Notes under the pieces: model-generated
Told to the model about the DNA's origin: nothing
Database searches by the model: none
What the model saw: the letters and a program-made list of their open reading frames with translations, nothing else
Source of the DNA: an uncultured Candidatus Saccharibacteria bacterium
GTDB lineage: Bacteria; Patescibacteriota; UBA1384; JAMDBS01; CAYSHH01
NCBI GenBank assembly: GCA_964430945.1
Contig: CAYSHH010000001.1
Span: forward strand, 6,473 to 70,472
Reading direction: 5' to 3'
DNA length: 64,000 nucleotides
Shown here: in pieces, positions 31,240 to 41,479 of the stretch
Position numbering within the stretch: position 1 is the stretch's first letter
Layout: each line of letters opens with the position of its first letter
Program-made: the position numbers and the translations under genes

Positions 31240-32358
31240 CTATTTAATAAACCATTTACTAATATCATTATACGTCACTACAGCAAACAAAATCAAAAGT
31301 ACAATAAAACCAAACCAATGAAGCGTATTTTCCCACCTTGCTTTCATAATTTTTTTACCTCGTATTGCTTCACCAACGATAAATAAAAGATGTCCTCCAT
31401 CAAGCGCAGGAATAGGCAACAAATTAAAAAAACCAACAGCAATAGATATCATTGCAATAAATCGAAGTACAAATATCCACCCATAACCTATAACTTGATA
31501 TAAAAGCGCAAATACACCAACCGGTCCAGATACCATATCACCTGATACCTGAGATTGTCCAAAAATACCCATAATTAGTCCACCAATAAATTGTACGCTT
31601 ACCCAGATTATGCTAACTATCTCCATAAAAGCCCAATATGGTGATTGCCACCAAGGAAAGTTTGGCATATCTTCTGATGATCCCGTCTCTGTAAGTCCTA
31701 CTCCAAGTGGCGTGTCAGTATTGTCCGGTAATACAGCTTTTTTAATCTCATCTTTTCCAAAATGATTTACTACTAAAGATATTTCCTTTCCTTTATTACT
31801 TGCTGTAATATTTTTCAAATCTTCAATATTCTTAATTTCTTGATCGTTGATACTTAATATAAAATCATTAGCCATAAGATTCATTTCCTCTGCAACTGAT
31901 CCTTTACTTACAGAAACTACAACAACTTGATTGGGTATATCTTTAGGTAACACCCAAAACCAAACGGTAAGGAGTATCCAAGCCAAAAGAAAATTAAACA
32001 ACACTCCCGCTACAATAATTTTTGCTCTCACCCATGGTGATTTCTCGGAAAATGAATCTTTGTTTTTATTTTCACTTTCCTCACCCAACATCCTGACAAA
32101 ACCACCAAATGGAATCCAATTGAGCGAATATATCGTATCATTGATATCTTTTCGTTTATCTATATTTTTTCCTCTCACGAATCTCCATTTGCCAGTTTCA
32201 GCCGATTTATACCAAGCAAAAATTCTTGGGGGATAACCAAGTCCAAATTCTTCAACTTTAACTCCATTTCTTTTAGCAATCCAAAAATGCCCTGATTCAT
32301 GAATCATGACGATAAGAGAAAGTATCAATATAAATATTACAATTGAGAGAAATAACAT
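31240..32358 (-). CDS. rseP: Site-2 intramembrane protease RseP (M50) with PDZ domain
   Basis: HESGH, PFGGFV, NLLPIPALDGG. Confidence 0.95.
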   Translation of the reverse strand: MLFLSIVIFILILSLIVMIHESGHFWIAKRNGVKVEEFGLGYPPRIFAWYKSAETGKWRFVRGKNIDKRKDINDTIYSLNWIPFGGFVRMLGEESENKNKDSFSEKSPWVRAKIIVAGVLFNFLLAWILLTVWFWVLPKDIPNQVVVVSVSKGSVAEEMNLMANDFILSINDQEIKNIEDLKNITASNKGKEISLVVNHFGKDEIKKAVLPDNTDTPLGVGLTETGSSEDMPNFPWWQSPYWAFMEIVSIIWVSVQFIGGLIMGIFGQSQVSGDMVSGPVGVFALLYQVIGYGWIFVLRFIAMISIAVGFFNLLPIPALDGGHLLFIVGEAIRGKKIMKARWENTLHWFGFIVLLILFAVVTYNDISKWFIK

Positions 32359-32404
32359 ATATAAATTTATAATTATGCTAATGATCTAAAAACCAACTCA
32401 ATTA

Positions 32405-32962
32405 CTATACAGTTTTCAATTCTTTTTCTTTTTTATCGGATAACTCTTCTATCTGATCGTTATATGCCTTAACTACCTTATTTAATTCTTCCTCGCTATT
32501 GTATTTATCGTCTTCCGTGAGATCGCCATCCTTTTCCATCTTCTTGACTGTTTTCCAGACATCTTCTCTTAGATTTCTTACAGCAACCCGTGCTTCTTCA
32601 GATAACTTTGTGACAAGACTGGCAAATTCATTTCTTCTTTCCTCAGTAAGTGGGGGCAACGAAATACGGACATTTTTTCCATCATTTACTGGATTAAACC
32701 CTAGATCAGAATTTCGAATCGCATTTTCAATGTCACCCAAACTATTTACATCCCAAGGAGTAACAAGTATTTGATTCGATTCTGGAACTGTAATCGATGC
32801 CATTTGTTTTAAAGCTTGTTTCTGTCCATAATAATTAACTGAAACATTTTCTACTAAAGCCGAACTAGCTCTCCCTGTATGAATATTCTTATATTCTTCT
32901 TTTAGGCTTTCTATAACTTCATCTGATTTAGACTTCATGTCTTTAAGCATATCATTATACAT
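32405..32962 (-). CDS. frr: Ribosome recycling factor
   Basis: TGRA, PPLTEERR, VAVRNLR. Confidence 0.97.
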   Translation of the reverse strand: MYNDMLKDMKSKSDEVIESLKEEYKNIHTGRASSALVENVSVNYYGQKQALKQMASITVPESNQILVTPWDVNSLGDIENAIRNSDLGFNPVNDGKNVRISLPPLTEERRNEFASLVTKLSEEARVAVRNLREDVWKTVKKMEKDGDLTEDDKYNSEEELNKVVKAYNDQIEELSDKKEKELKTV

Positions 32963-33091
32963 GAAAAAATCCTTTCTAAAAATAATTAAACTATCTACTT
33001 ATATTATATAATTTTCTCCCTATAAAATCAAAAACAGTCCCTAAAGACTGTTTTTGATTGAAATTCTACTTTATAAATGCTTTGAGAACTT

Positions 33092-33541
33092 TTATAAACC
33101 CAACCTCTTAAAATCAACCACCCTAATGTTTTCACCAATTTTTCCAATATTTTCTTCGATAAGTTCAGCAACAGTCATATCTTGATCTTTGATAAAAGTC
33201 TGAGCCAAAAGCTCTTTTTTATTCTTCGGATTCATGGATGCAATCTGCATTGCTAGATCATGTGCCAAATTCCTGAATTGCTCGTTTTTGGCAACAAAAT
33301 CGGTTTCACATCCAAGTATTACTATTGCTCCGACACGAGAGTCATGTATATATGCCTCGACAACACCTTGATCTGTAGTACGATCTTTTCTCTTTTCAGC
33401 CTTCATTGATCCTTCCTTTGACAAAGCTTTTTTTGCATTAGAAAAATCACCTTTAGCATCATTTAGAGCTTTTTTACATTCCATAATACCGAAACCAGTC
33501 TCCATTCTTAATTTTTGAATATCTTTTGCAGAAATAGACAT
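33092..33541 (-). CDS. tsf: Elongation factor Ts (short form)
   Basis: LR.ETG.GIMECKKAL, CETDFVA, KIGENI; 149 aa. Confidence 0.95.
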   Translation of the reverse strand: MSISAKDIQKLRMETGFGIMECKKALNDAKGDFSNAKKALSKEGSMKAEKRKDRTTDQGVVEAYIHDSRVGAIVILGCETDFVAKNEQFRNLAHDLAMQIASMNPKNKKELLAQTFIKDQDMTVAELIEENIGKIGENIRVVDFKRLGL

Positions 33542-33556
33542 ATTATCTCCTTAATC

Positions 33557-34258
33557 TTATTTTTCTGACTTAGTACTTTTCTTTTTATTATCACTAATAG
33601 TTTTCGCAATATAGTTACAAATATATTCAATGGTTTTTGGAGCATTATCATTACCAGCAATTGGGTATTCTATTTTGGTGAAATCAACATTTGTATTTGC
33701 CAATGCAATCACGGGAATACCTTTATTTTTTGCTTCTCTTATCGCTACATGCTCTTCACTGGGATCAACAACAAACAATGCATCAGGCATACCACTCAAA
33801 TCCTTGAGTCCATAAAAGAACCTATCCAATTTTGCTACTTCTTTTTCCATTCTAACACGTTCTTTTTTAATATATTTCTTTCCTTCTTCGCTCTCTAGTT
33901 CACTTTTTAATTTTTTATAACTATCAATTCTGGCTCTAATCGTTTTAAAATTAGTAAGAGTACCGCCAAGCCATCGATAATTAACAAAAGGCATATCACA
34001 TTCAAGCGCAGTTTTTCTAATAATATCTTTTGCTTGTTTTTTTGTTCCGACAAAAATAACTTTTTTTCCATCTTTCGCAAGACCAGCCAAAAAAGCGCTA
34101 GCACGATCCAAACCTTCGATAGTTTTCTCTAAATTTATGATATTAATTCCTTCGCAGATTGTATAGATGTATTTATTAGCTTTGGGATGGGATAGTTCCT
34201 TTTTGTGACCAAAATGTGCACCCATTTCCAAAAGGTCTTTTAAGGTTGGAGCTTGCAT
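33557..34258 (-). CDS. rpsB: 30S ribosomal protein S2
   Basis: GAHFGH, FVGTK, RWLGGTLTNF, GND. Confidence 0.97.
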   Translation of the reverse strand: MQAPTLKDLLEMGAHFGHKKELSHPKANKYIYTICEGINIINLEKTIEGLDRASAFLAGLAKDGKKVIFVGTKKQAKDIIRKTALECDMPFVNYRWLGGTLTNFKTIRARIDSYKKLKSELESEEGKKYIKKERVRMEKEVAKLDRFFYGLKDLSGMPDALFVVDPSEEHVAIREAKNKGIPVIALANTNVDFTKIEYPIAGNDNAPKTIEYICNYIAKTISDNKKKSTKSEK

Positions 34259-34599
34259 TATTTAATATCCTTTCTTTTTAAATCTTTAATGTCTACTCTT
34301 TTAAGCTTCTTTTCAGTATTTTTCTTTTCCTCAACATTATTTTTTTTGACAACTTTCTTTTCATTCAACATTTTTTCCTTCTTGGCCAATCGTTCCTTGA
34401 ATTTATCTACTCTACCCGAAGTATCAACAAGTCTCTGTGTTCCAGTATAATATGGATGACACGCTGAGCATACCTCAACGCTTATGTTTTCGTCAGTTGA
34501 ACCAATTTGAAAACTAGCGCCACATGAACATTTTACATTTGCATTTGGATAGTACTTTATTTCATCAATTTTAATCTGTTCCTTTTTTTTACTTTTCAT
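34258..34599 (-). CDS. rpmE: 50S ribosomal protein L31 (Zn-binding type, with basic extensions)
   Basis: CSCG, EVCSACHPYYTG, DTSGRVDKF. Confidence 0.93.
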   Translation of the reverse strand: MKSKKKEQIKIDEIKYYPNANVKCSCGASFQIGSTDENISVEVCSACHPYYTGTQRLVDTSGRVDKFKERLAKKEKMLNEKKVVKKNNVEEKKNTEKKLKRVDIKDLKRKDIK

Positions 34600-34694
34600 A
34601 TTCCACCTAAAAAATAATAAATAAACAATACTATTTGTATTGCTTATAGTTTTTTATAATTTTCAAATGGAATTATATCTTATTTTACTAATTA

Positions 34695-34723
34695 TTGCAA
34701 GAAAACGCTTTTTCTGTTACAAT
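34695..34723 (+). promoter_or_regulatory. prfA promoter
   Basis: TTGCAA, 17-nt spacer, TACAAT (with TG extension). Confidence 0.65.
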
Positions 34724-34748
34724 TTGCGAAAATAAATATTGTATTTTT

Positions 34749-35654
34749 ATGGATAAAAATAAACAAAAAATTATAGAAGAACTGAAGAAAAATCAATCGC
34801 TTCTTGCCGAAACACAAGATGAAGACTTTAAAACTCTTATCAAAGAAGAGATTGATGCTCTATTGAAAAATTTGATATCCGATGATCCAACTGATAAAAA
34901 AAACATTATTATTGAGATTCGTCCAGCCGCTGGCGGTCAAGAATCTGAGCTTTTTGCATCTGATCTATGGAAAATGTATGAAAAATATTCTGAAAAAATA
35001 GGCTGGAAGGTTAGAGTTCACGATATTTCAAAAACTGGTATCGGAGGCATCAAATTTATTTCTGCTGAAATTCGTGGTGAAGATGTTTACAAACATTTCA
35101 AGTACGAATCCGGTGTCCATAGAGTTCAACGTGTACCAAATACTGAAAAATCTGGTCGTATTCACACTTCCACGGCTACAGTTGCTGTATTGCCCGAAGC
35201 AGACAAAATAGACCTTGAAATAAACCCAAATGATCTTCAAATAGATAAATTTCATTCTGGCGGATGTGGCGGCCAAAACGTAAATAAAGTTGAAACAGCA
35301 ATTCGTATAACTTATAAACCTACTGGGCTTGTAATCACCTGTCAAGACGAACGTTCACAGCTCAAAAACAGGCTTAAGGCTATGTCCATACTGCGATCCA
35401 AACTTCTCGAAGAAAAACGTCGAAAAGAAGAAGAAAAAATTGGCTCCGAAAGGCGATCTCAAGTAGGCACAGGCGATAGATCTGAAAAAATCCGCACCTA
35501 TAACTTCCCCCAGGATCGTATTACTGACCATCGCATCAAAAAATCCTGGAATCAACTTGAAAACATTCTTGCTGGTAATATGGATAAAATTATAGAAACC
35601 TTAAAAGAAGCCGATTATGAGAAAAAGAAAGAAATCATTCTCCAAGGACGATAA
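34749..35654 (+). CDS. prfA: Peptide chain release factor 1 (N-terminally shortened)
   Basis: ESGVHRVQRVPNT (PxT motif), GGQNVNK, DRSEKIRTYNFPQ; probable ATG at 34749. Confidence 0.95.
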   Translation: MDKNKQKIIEELKKNQSLLAETQDEDFKTLIKEEIDALLKNLISDDPTDKKNIIIEIRPAAGGQESELFASDLWKMYEKYSEKIGWKVRVHDISKTGIGGIKFISAEIRGEDVYKHFKYESGVHRVQRVPNTEKSGRIHTSTATVAVLPEADKIDLEINPNDLQIDKFHSGGCGGQNVNKVETAIRITYKPTGLVITCQDERSQLKNRLKAMSILRSKLLEEKRRKEEEKIGSERRSQVGTGDRSEKIRTYNFPQDRITDHRIKKSWNQLENILAGNMDKIIETLKEADYEKKKEIILQGR

Positions 35655-35670
35655 TTAAACGAATTTAACA

Positions 35671-35714
35671 TATAAAATAAACTGTCAGCTTATATGCTGG
35701 CAGTTTATTTTATA
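35671..35714. terminator. Bidirectional terminator between prfA and htrA
   Basis: TATAAAATAAACTGTCAGC / GCTGGCAGTTTATTTTATA inverted repeat between convergent genes. Confidence 0.75.
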
Positions 35715-35734
35715 TAAAGACAATTCAGTTAAAT

Positions 35735-36961
35735 TTATTTTGCTTCTTCCAACTTCAATTTAACTTCTTTTGTACTACCTTGATGTTGTATTTTAAGATT
35801 AACTTCATCACCGACATTGTAATTTCTTAATATTTTAGTAAGAGAGTTATTTTCATCTATTCTCTGACCGTCAATCTCAAGAATAATATCATTTTCTACG
35901 ATTCCTGCCTTATCAGCTGGAGAACCAAGCACTATTGCAGTAGTATTATTTCCTCTTAGAACCCAAGCGCCATAATTATCATCCAGGTTATTAGCTTCAG
36001 CGATTTCCTTGGTAATAGGAACGTATCTCACGCCAATCATTGGGCGTTTGATCTCACCAGTCTCCTTGATAGAATCAATTGCCTTTTTAACTGAATTTAT
36101 CGGAATCGCGAAACCAATATTTTGTGCCTCACTTGCTACAGCCGTATTGATACCAATCACCTGACCAGCAAGATTCACTAGTGGTCCACCAGAATTACCA
36201 GAATTGATTGCGGCATCGGTTTGAAGCAAACCATCAAGATTTTCGGATACACCCCCACCACTCGCAGTGATCTGACGCTCTTTCGCTGATATCACACCAG
36301 CAGTTACAGAATTAGAAAACTCTCCCAAAGCATTTCCAATGGCTACTACCCATTGCCCGATAGAAACATCATCGGAATCACCCAACTCAACTGTCTGCAA
36401 ACCATTTGCTTCAATTTTAAGTACGGCTAGATCATCAAGTGGATCAGTTGCGACAACCTTAGCATCATATTCTTTACCGTCATACGTATATATTTTATAC
36501 GTGCCATCTTGATTTGATGCCACATGCTTATTGGTCACGATAAGACCATCCGAAGTAATAATAAATCCCGTACCACCACCTTTCTCTTCATACGTTCTAC
36601 CAAAAAGATCTACCACATTTTGAGTAGTTGTAATTGATACAACAGCTGGAGAGACGTGATCAACCGTATCTGTAATAGCAGAAGACTCTTCAAGCTTAAT
36701 TTTTTCCGTCTTTGTAACTGGTATATTAAATTTATTAATACCAATTTTTTCTTGAAGACTTTGATGATCAGATAAATAAAGCAATGACCCCACCGCACCA
36801 ACTACGCCCATTACAAGTGCAACAATTAGAGTTAATATATAAAAACCTACTCCAGGACCACATTTTTTATTACCAGTTGAACTATAGGCATTTTTCTGTT
36901 TCTCGCTTAATTCATGCTCTTTACCGGCTTCATCGGTATAAGTAATTTTGGTTTTTGGCAT
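35735..36961 (-). CDS. htrA: HtrA/DegP-like serine protease with TM anchor and PDZ domain
   Basis: GTGFII, TNKHV, DLAVLKI, QTDAAINSGNSGGPL; start at ATG 36961 after GGAGG. Confidence 0.93.
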   Translation of the reverse strand: MPKTKITYTDEAGKEHELSEKQKNAYSSTGNKKCGPGVGFYILTLIVALVMGVVGAVGSLLYLSDHQSLQEKIGINKFNIPVTKTEKIKLEESSAITDTVDHVSPAVVSITTTQNVVDLFGRTYEEKGGGTGFIITSDGLIVTNKHVASNQDGTYKIYTYDGKEYDAKVVATDPLDDLAVLKIEANGLQTVELGDSDDVSIGQWVVAIGNALGEFSNSVTAGVISAKERQITASGGGVSENLDGLLQTDAAINSGNSGGPLVNLAGQVIGINTAVASEAQNIGFAIPINSVKKAIDSIKETGEIKRPMIGVRYVPITKEIAEANNLDDNYGAWVLRGNNTTAIVLGSPADKAGIVENDIILEIDGQRIDENNSLTKILRNYNVGDEVNLKIQHQGSTKEVKLKLEEAK

Positions 36962-37041
36962 AATTCCTCCATTTGTAAGCCCGTAAGATAACAGGCAAAT
37001 TCTCCAATACAGCTTCATTAAAAACTGAGAACATTACATTA

Positions 37042-37335
37042 CTATTTTTTTATACAGACCTTATTCTTCAATTCTTCCTCTAATTTCTCTACTCTTTTAG
37101 CAAGTTTTTCTTCGCGTTTCAATATTTTTGTTGCAAACTCATTTATATAATAAGAAACCAAAACCGCCAGAATAGTTATAATAACCGCGTATATAAAAAG
37201 TGATAATACATCATCACCTTTCGAAACATATGTATTTATCAGAGTTTTGATAGCATCATTCCATGCAAGAGCTGCTAAAAGTGCAAAAGCTCCGGTGATA
37301 AGTGCTGCGAATTTTTCTACAAATTTCTTAGTCAT
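37042..37335 (-). CDS. DUF5654-like small membrane protein
   Basis: LIT.AF.L.AALAWNDAIK ... FIYAVIITILAV. Confidence 0.75.
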   Translation of the reverse strand: MTKKFVEKFAALITGAFALLAALAWNDAIKTLINTYVSKGDDVLSLFIYAVIITILAVLVSYYINEFATKILKREEKLAKRVEKLEEELKNKVCIKK

Positions 37336-37362
37336 TTCCGTTATATTTAATTAATACATTAT

Positions 37363-38820
37363 TTATTTTATTTTCGTACCAATAATCTTGTTAACTATCT
37401 TGGGGTTAGCTTTTCCTTGAGTCTCTTTCATTACTTGTCCAACCAGAAACCCCATTACTCCTATCTGCCCAGATTTAATTTTTGCTACCGCATCAGGATT
37501 TTCTTTTACCACTTTTTCTACAATCTTCTCTATTTCTCCAGTATCAGATACTTGTTCAAGACTTTTTTCTTTTACAATCATATTTGGTGATTTTCCCTTT
37601 TTAACCTCAGGTAAAATATCCTTAGCAATTTTTCCGGAAATCTTACCATCCGATATCAAGATAATTATTTGAGCAAGATCTTTAGGCTTTACTGATAAAT
37701 CAGGAATCTCATTAACCATCCATTTCACAGCATCTTTAACAAATGAACAGTCCAACAATTTAATAATTTCTTCAAAATATTCTACTTTTTGTAAATCGTT
37801 AGCAATATGCTCAGCATTTTCTTTTGAAATTTCATACTTTTTTTGATATCTCTTCACCTTATCCTTAGGTAATTCCGGCAATTGTTTTTCGATTTCCTCA
37901 ATACAAATATCATTCTTATTTTTTAATTCTGTTTGATTACTTCTTACTTGTGTGGGCGGCAAATCTGGCTCAGGAAAATATCTATAATCAGCTGAAGTTT
38001 CCTTAACGCGCATCACATAGGTCTTGCTTCCTTTTTCATCCCAACCACGAGTTTGCTGAGCAATTTTTTCACCAGACTCAATAGTATCGATTTGACGCTT
38101 AATTTCATATTCTATCGCTCTTTCAACAGATTTAAACGAATTTAAATTTTTCACTTCAACTTTAGTTCCAAACTTCTTTTCACCAGCTTTCCTTACTGAA
38201 ATGTTGGCTTCGCACCTCATTTCACCTTTTTCCATATTTGCATCTGATACTTTTAGAGTTCTTAAAATCGTCTGATAATTTTTACAAAATTCTTTGGCTT
38301 CTTGAGCATTTCTAATATCTGGTTCTGTTACAAGTTCCATAAGAGGCGCACCAGCACGATTGAAATCCAAAAGTGAATAATCGACATCCGCTCTGCCTTC
38401 TGGGTGTTTACTTGTTCCCGTATCTTCTTCCAAATGAATTCTAGTGATTCCAATTTTCCTTACTTGATCATTAGGATTTATTTCCAAATACCCATCATAA
38501 ACCAACGGCAGATCATACTGGGATATTTGATATCCTTTTGGAATATCGGGATAAAAGTAGTTTTTTCTATCCCATTTGGTAAATTTATTCACTTTACAAT
38601 TTAATGCCAAACCAGTAAGTATTGTCCATTCGATCGCTTTTTTATTGAGAACGGGCAGTGTCCCAGGCATACCTAAACATACCGGACATACATTTTCATT
38701 TGGCCCAGAGTGAAATGGATCGTTTTTACAACCACAAAACATCTTACTATTTGTTTTAAGTTCTGCGTGTATTTCAAGTCCAATTATTACTTCATATTTT
38801 TTATTTATTACCTTTTCCAT
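37363..38820 (-). CDS. gatB: Asp/Glu-tRNA amidotransferase subunit B
   Basis: IGLEIH, RKNYFYPD.PKGYQISQ, HLEED, DYRYFPEPDLP, GKANP. Confidence 0.98.
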   Translation of the reverse strand: MEKVINKKYEVIIGLEIHAELKTNSKMFCGCKNDPFHSGPNENVCPVCLGMPGTLPVLNKKAIEWTILTGLALNCKVNKFTKWDRKNYFYPDIPKGYQISQYDLPLVYDGYLEINPNDQVRKIGITRIHLEEDTGTSKHPEGRADVDYSLLDFNRAGAPLMELVTEPDIRNAQEAKEFCKNYQTILRTLKVSDANMEKGEMRCEANISVRKAGEKKFGTKVEVKNLNSFKSVERAIEYEIKRQIDTIESGEKIAQQTRGWDEKGSKTYVMRVKETSADYRYFPEPDLPPTQVRSNQTELKNKNDICIEEIEKQLPELPKDKVKRYQKKYEISKENAEHIANDLQKVEYFEEIIKLLDCSFVKDAVKWMVNEIPDLSVKPKDLAQIIILISDGKISGKIAKDILPEVKKGKSPNMIVKEKSLEQVSDTGEIEKIVEKVVKENPDAVAKIKSGQIGVMGFLVGQVMKETQGKANPKIVNKIIGTKIK

Positions 38821-38859
38821 ATTTAAATTCCTTTGACAAAATATTTTAAAGACATATCG

Positions 38860-39651
38860 TCATTTATCCTTACCGATCATTGATACTAATTCCAAATCTT
38901 CTATATTAAAAACTCCTTTTTGGTTCCATCGATCCGATAACTCCTGACTCACGGGGACATAATCTATATTAAACTCACTATTTTCATACCCATTTTCTTT
39001 AAATAAATAATACACTTTGGCGGCTGATATATAATCTTTTTCTTTTAAAAAAATTTTAAAACAATCTTTTGATTTCTTGAAAACTTTATCCAAATTATCT
39101 TTATCAAGAGTAAAACCTAGTAATGTTATAGCATCAAAAATATGTGACGGATTCTTTGTATTGATTAAATTATCTATAGCCTCGTCATAGCTTATGTTTA
39201 ATTTCTTTTGCAAATATTCATCATCAAATAAATCAGGATTATAATTATTTTTATCTACTAAGTAATTTCTCGTAAGAATATTTCTTGTTCTCAATATATT
39301 TATCATACCATGAATCTTATCAAAAACATTTAATGATTTTTCAGCCTCATTTGTAATTTGTCTACACCTATCATCTATCACTGTTAGATAATCATTATTT
39401 GGTATAGCATAATTAAACTTGGTAGGTTTTTCAATTGATTTAATCGATCTAATCACATCATATGTTCTTAATACCTCCTCATACAACTTATTGTTTTGAT
39501 ATCCATCTAATAAATTATTGATCTGCATTCCGGATTCTAAGTCGCTAGAAATATTATCAATTAACTTATCAAATATTCTTTTGTCATTTAACTTTTCGTG
39601 TTCAATACAAGCTTCTTTTTTACTAAAACGCTTATTCTCTATATTATTCAT
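38860..39651 (-). CDS. Hypothetical alpha-helical protein
   Basis: 263-aa ORF overlapping the upstream stop; no recognised motif. Confidence 0.65.
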   Translation of the reverse strand: MNNIENKRFSKKEACIEHEKLNDKRIFDKLIDNISSDLESGMQINNLLDGYQNNKLYEEVLRTYDVIRSIKSIEKPTKFNYAIPNNDYLTVIDDRCRQITNEAEKSLNVFDKIHGMINILRTRNILTRNYLVDKNNYNPDLFDDEYLQKKLNISYDEAIDNLINTKNPSHIFDAITLLGFTLDKDNLDKVFKKSKDCFKIFLKEKDYISAAKVYYLFKENGYENSEFNIDYVPVSQELSDRWNQKGVFNIEDLELVSMIGKDK

Positions 39652-40027
39652 TTAAAGCATTCTTAAGTTTTTCTTTCAAGTCACTCAGGCTATTATACAT
39701 AAAATTAATTTTGGATGTTCCACTCATAGTAGGAGATTCTTTAATCTTTTCATTCTGAAAACTAATTACCCTTTTTTCTTTTGCATAAAAATAACCTGCT
39801 TCTATTCCTACTCCAAAAGCGCATTCCGAGGCTTCACAAACAATCATATCGCACTCATCCATCTTTTTGAAAGCTAATCTCATCATTTCTTTCGCATCGG
39901 GAATATATCCTTCATCGATAAAACTATAACTTGTATTTCCAGATTCTCTTATAGCATCTTTGATAACGTTAACAATTTCTTCGTTACTACCGTCTTTTTT
40001 GAATCTTATACTTATAAATATTTTCAT
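39644..40027 (-). CDS. Nucleoside 2-deoxyribosyltransferase (NDT)-like protein
   Basis: MKIFIS, CDMIVCE.S...GVGIEAGY.YA..K.VI. Confidence 0.8.
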   Translation of the reverse strand: MKIFISIRFKKDGSNEEIVNVIKDAIRESGNTSYSFIDEGYIPDAKEMMRLAFKKMDECDMIVCEASECAFGVGIEAGYFYAKEKRVISFQNEKIKESPTMSGTSKINFMYNSLSDLKEKLKNALNE

Positions 40028-40077
40028 AATTTATTAAATTTATTGTGTTATTGCATAATATTTTACTAACTCAATCA

Positions 40078-41013
40078 CTATTTTCCAAAATCAGGATTAA
40101 CCCCATAATATTTACAGGCCTGTTCATATGTTTTAGGATACTGACTTCTAATTGATATTGGAATATTATTTTTTCTTTCAAAACTAACTACAGCATCGCT
40201 AACCATTGTCCATATCCTATCTCTTTCCGTTTTAGCATATTTAGCAATACTATTCAAAAAATTTTGCCGATATTTTTTCATTCCTCCTCCAACATCCAAA
40301 GCAAAATATCTCGCTAGTTGGAATACATTACCTTCATAATCTGCGGTATCAACCGAGCCTATAAGCTGATTTATACTGTCCTTAATGGAACTATCGTCAA
40401 TAAGTTGAATATCAACATCACGGTATGCATTAAATTCAATATCTGGGAATAACTTTTCAAATTTATTAAATATAAACTTATCTATGATTTTTTTTGCAGC
40501 GATAAATTTCAATTTCTTTAAATTTTCCGAATCATAGCTATTAGGCTTTGTCTTATTTTGCAATGATTTTTGAGCCTGACTCACGCTAAATGAATTATTT
40601 TTTGCCAATATCAATTCTTCTTTAAACTCTTGGGTTAATTTTTTTTCTTTTATAAAACTAAAGCATTTTTTCTTAAACTGACCTTGATTAATATATATCG
40701 TAACATCAATATCAGATAAATTGTGTGTTTTATGATTTAACGCTTTACCTTTGCTCAAAGAACCAAACAAAATCATACCTAAATCAATATTTAAATCTTT
40801 TTTTAGCTCAGTAAACATTTCTTTTAAATTTCTAATTCTTTCTCGGGAATATCTATCTTGAGATATTTCAAATCTCTTATGCTCCGATGAATTATAATCA
40901 ACCTTGCCTCCCATTGGATCATTACCAATACCGATAGATTCCCTTTTTTCGCATTCATTATCAACTTGATATTGTTGACCTATGTTTTCACTGTTTAATG
41001 ATCTTTCATCCAT
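40078..41013 (-). CDS. Pol-beta-superfamily nucleotidyltransferase domain protein
   Basis: ILFGSLSKG...SDIDV (hG[GS]-x-DhD) plus a later DVD acidic motif. Confidence 0.7.
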   Translation of the reverse strand: MDERSLNSENIGQQYQVDNECEKRESIGIGNDPMGGKVDYNSSEHKRFEISQDRYSRERIRNLKEMFTELKKDLNIDLGMILFGSLSKGKALNHKTHNLSDIDVTIYINQGQFKKKCFSFIKEKKLTQEFKEELILAKNNSFSVSQAQKSLQNKTKPNSYDSENLKKLKFIAAKKIIDKFIFNKFEKLFPDIEFNAYRDVDIQLIDDSSIKDSINQLIGSVDTADYEGNVFQLARYFALDVGGGMKKYRQNFLNSIAKYAKTERDRIWTMVSDAVVSFERKNNIPISIRSQYPKTYEQACKYYGVNPDFGK

Positions 41014-41023
41014 AATAATTTAA

Positions 41024-41479
41024 TTATAATGCTCCTATATTCTCAAGACCTCTTCTAAATTTATTTAAAGCGTTTTTGCATTCGTTATTTGTCGGCTTGT
41101 GATTTTCTTCATGTGTAATCTGATTTCTCAGTTTATGTGCTTGCCAAATCATCTGATATGTATTTTTATTAAAATGATCTTCCCAATTTCTCAGTCTATG
41201 AGCGAACGTCTCACCTTGGGCACCACCATGACGAAGTTGTGCATCAAAAAACTTGTCAGCTCTCACTACAGCCTGTTCGGCATGTACTTGATCACCAGAA
41301 TCTAAAAGTTTCTCAATCTCAATCCATTTAGCTAAATTTTTAGCTTTATCGTATCTATCTTTTTCCTTTATTCCAAATATTTTTTTAAACGGCCAACTCA
41401 CCAAAAACCACAATCCCTTTCCCAAAGATATAAAAATACTTTCTAAAAAACCTGGTTGACTACGATGATACCTTGACAT
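41024..41479 (-). CDS. HEPN-like protein with N-terminal hydrophobic segment
   Basis: AVVRADKFFD...GETF..RL...W.AHKLRNQITHE (R-N-x3-H). Confidence 0.65.
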   Translation of the reverse strand: MSRYHRSQPGFLESIFISLGKGLWFLVSWPFKKIFGIKEKDRYDKAKNLAKWIEIEKLLDSGDQVHAEQAVVRADKFFDAQLRHGGAQGETFAHRLRNWEDHFNKNTYQMIWQAHKLRNQITHEENHKPTNNECKNALNKFRRGLENIGAL

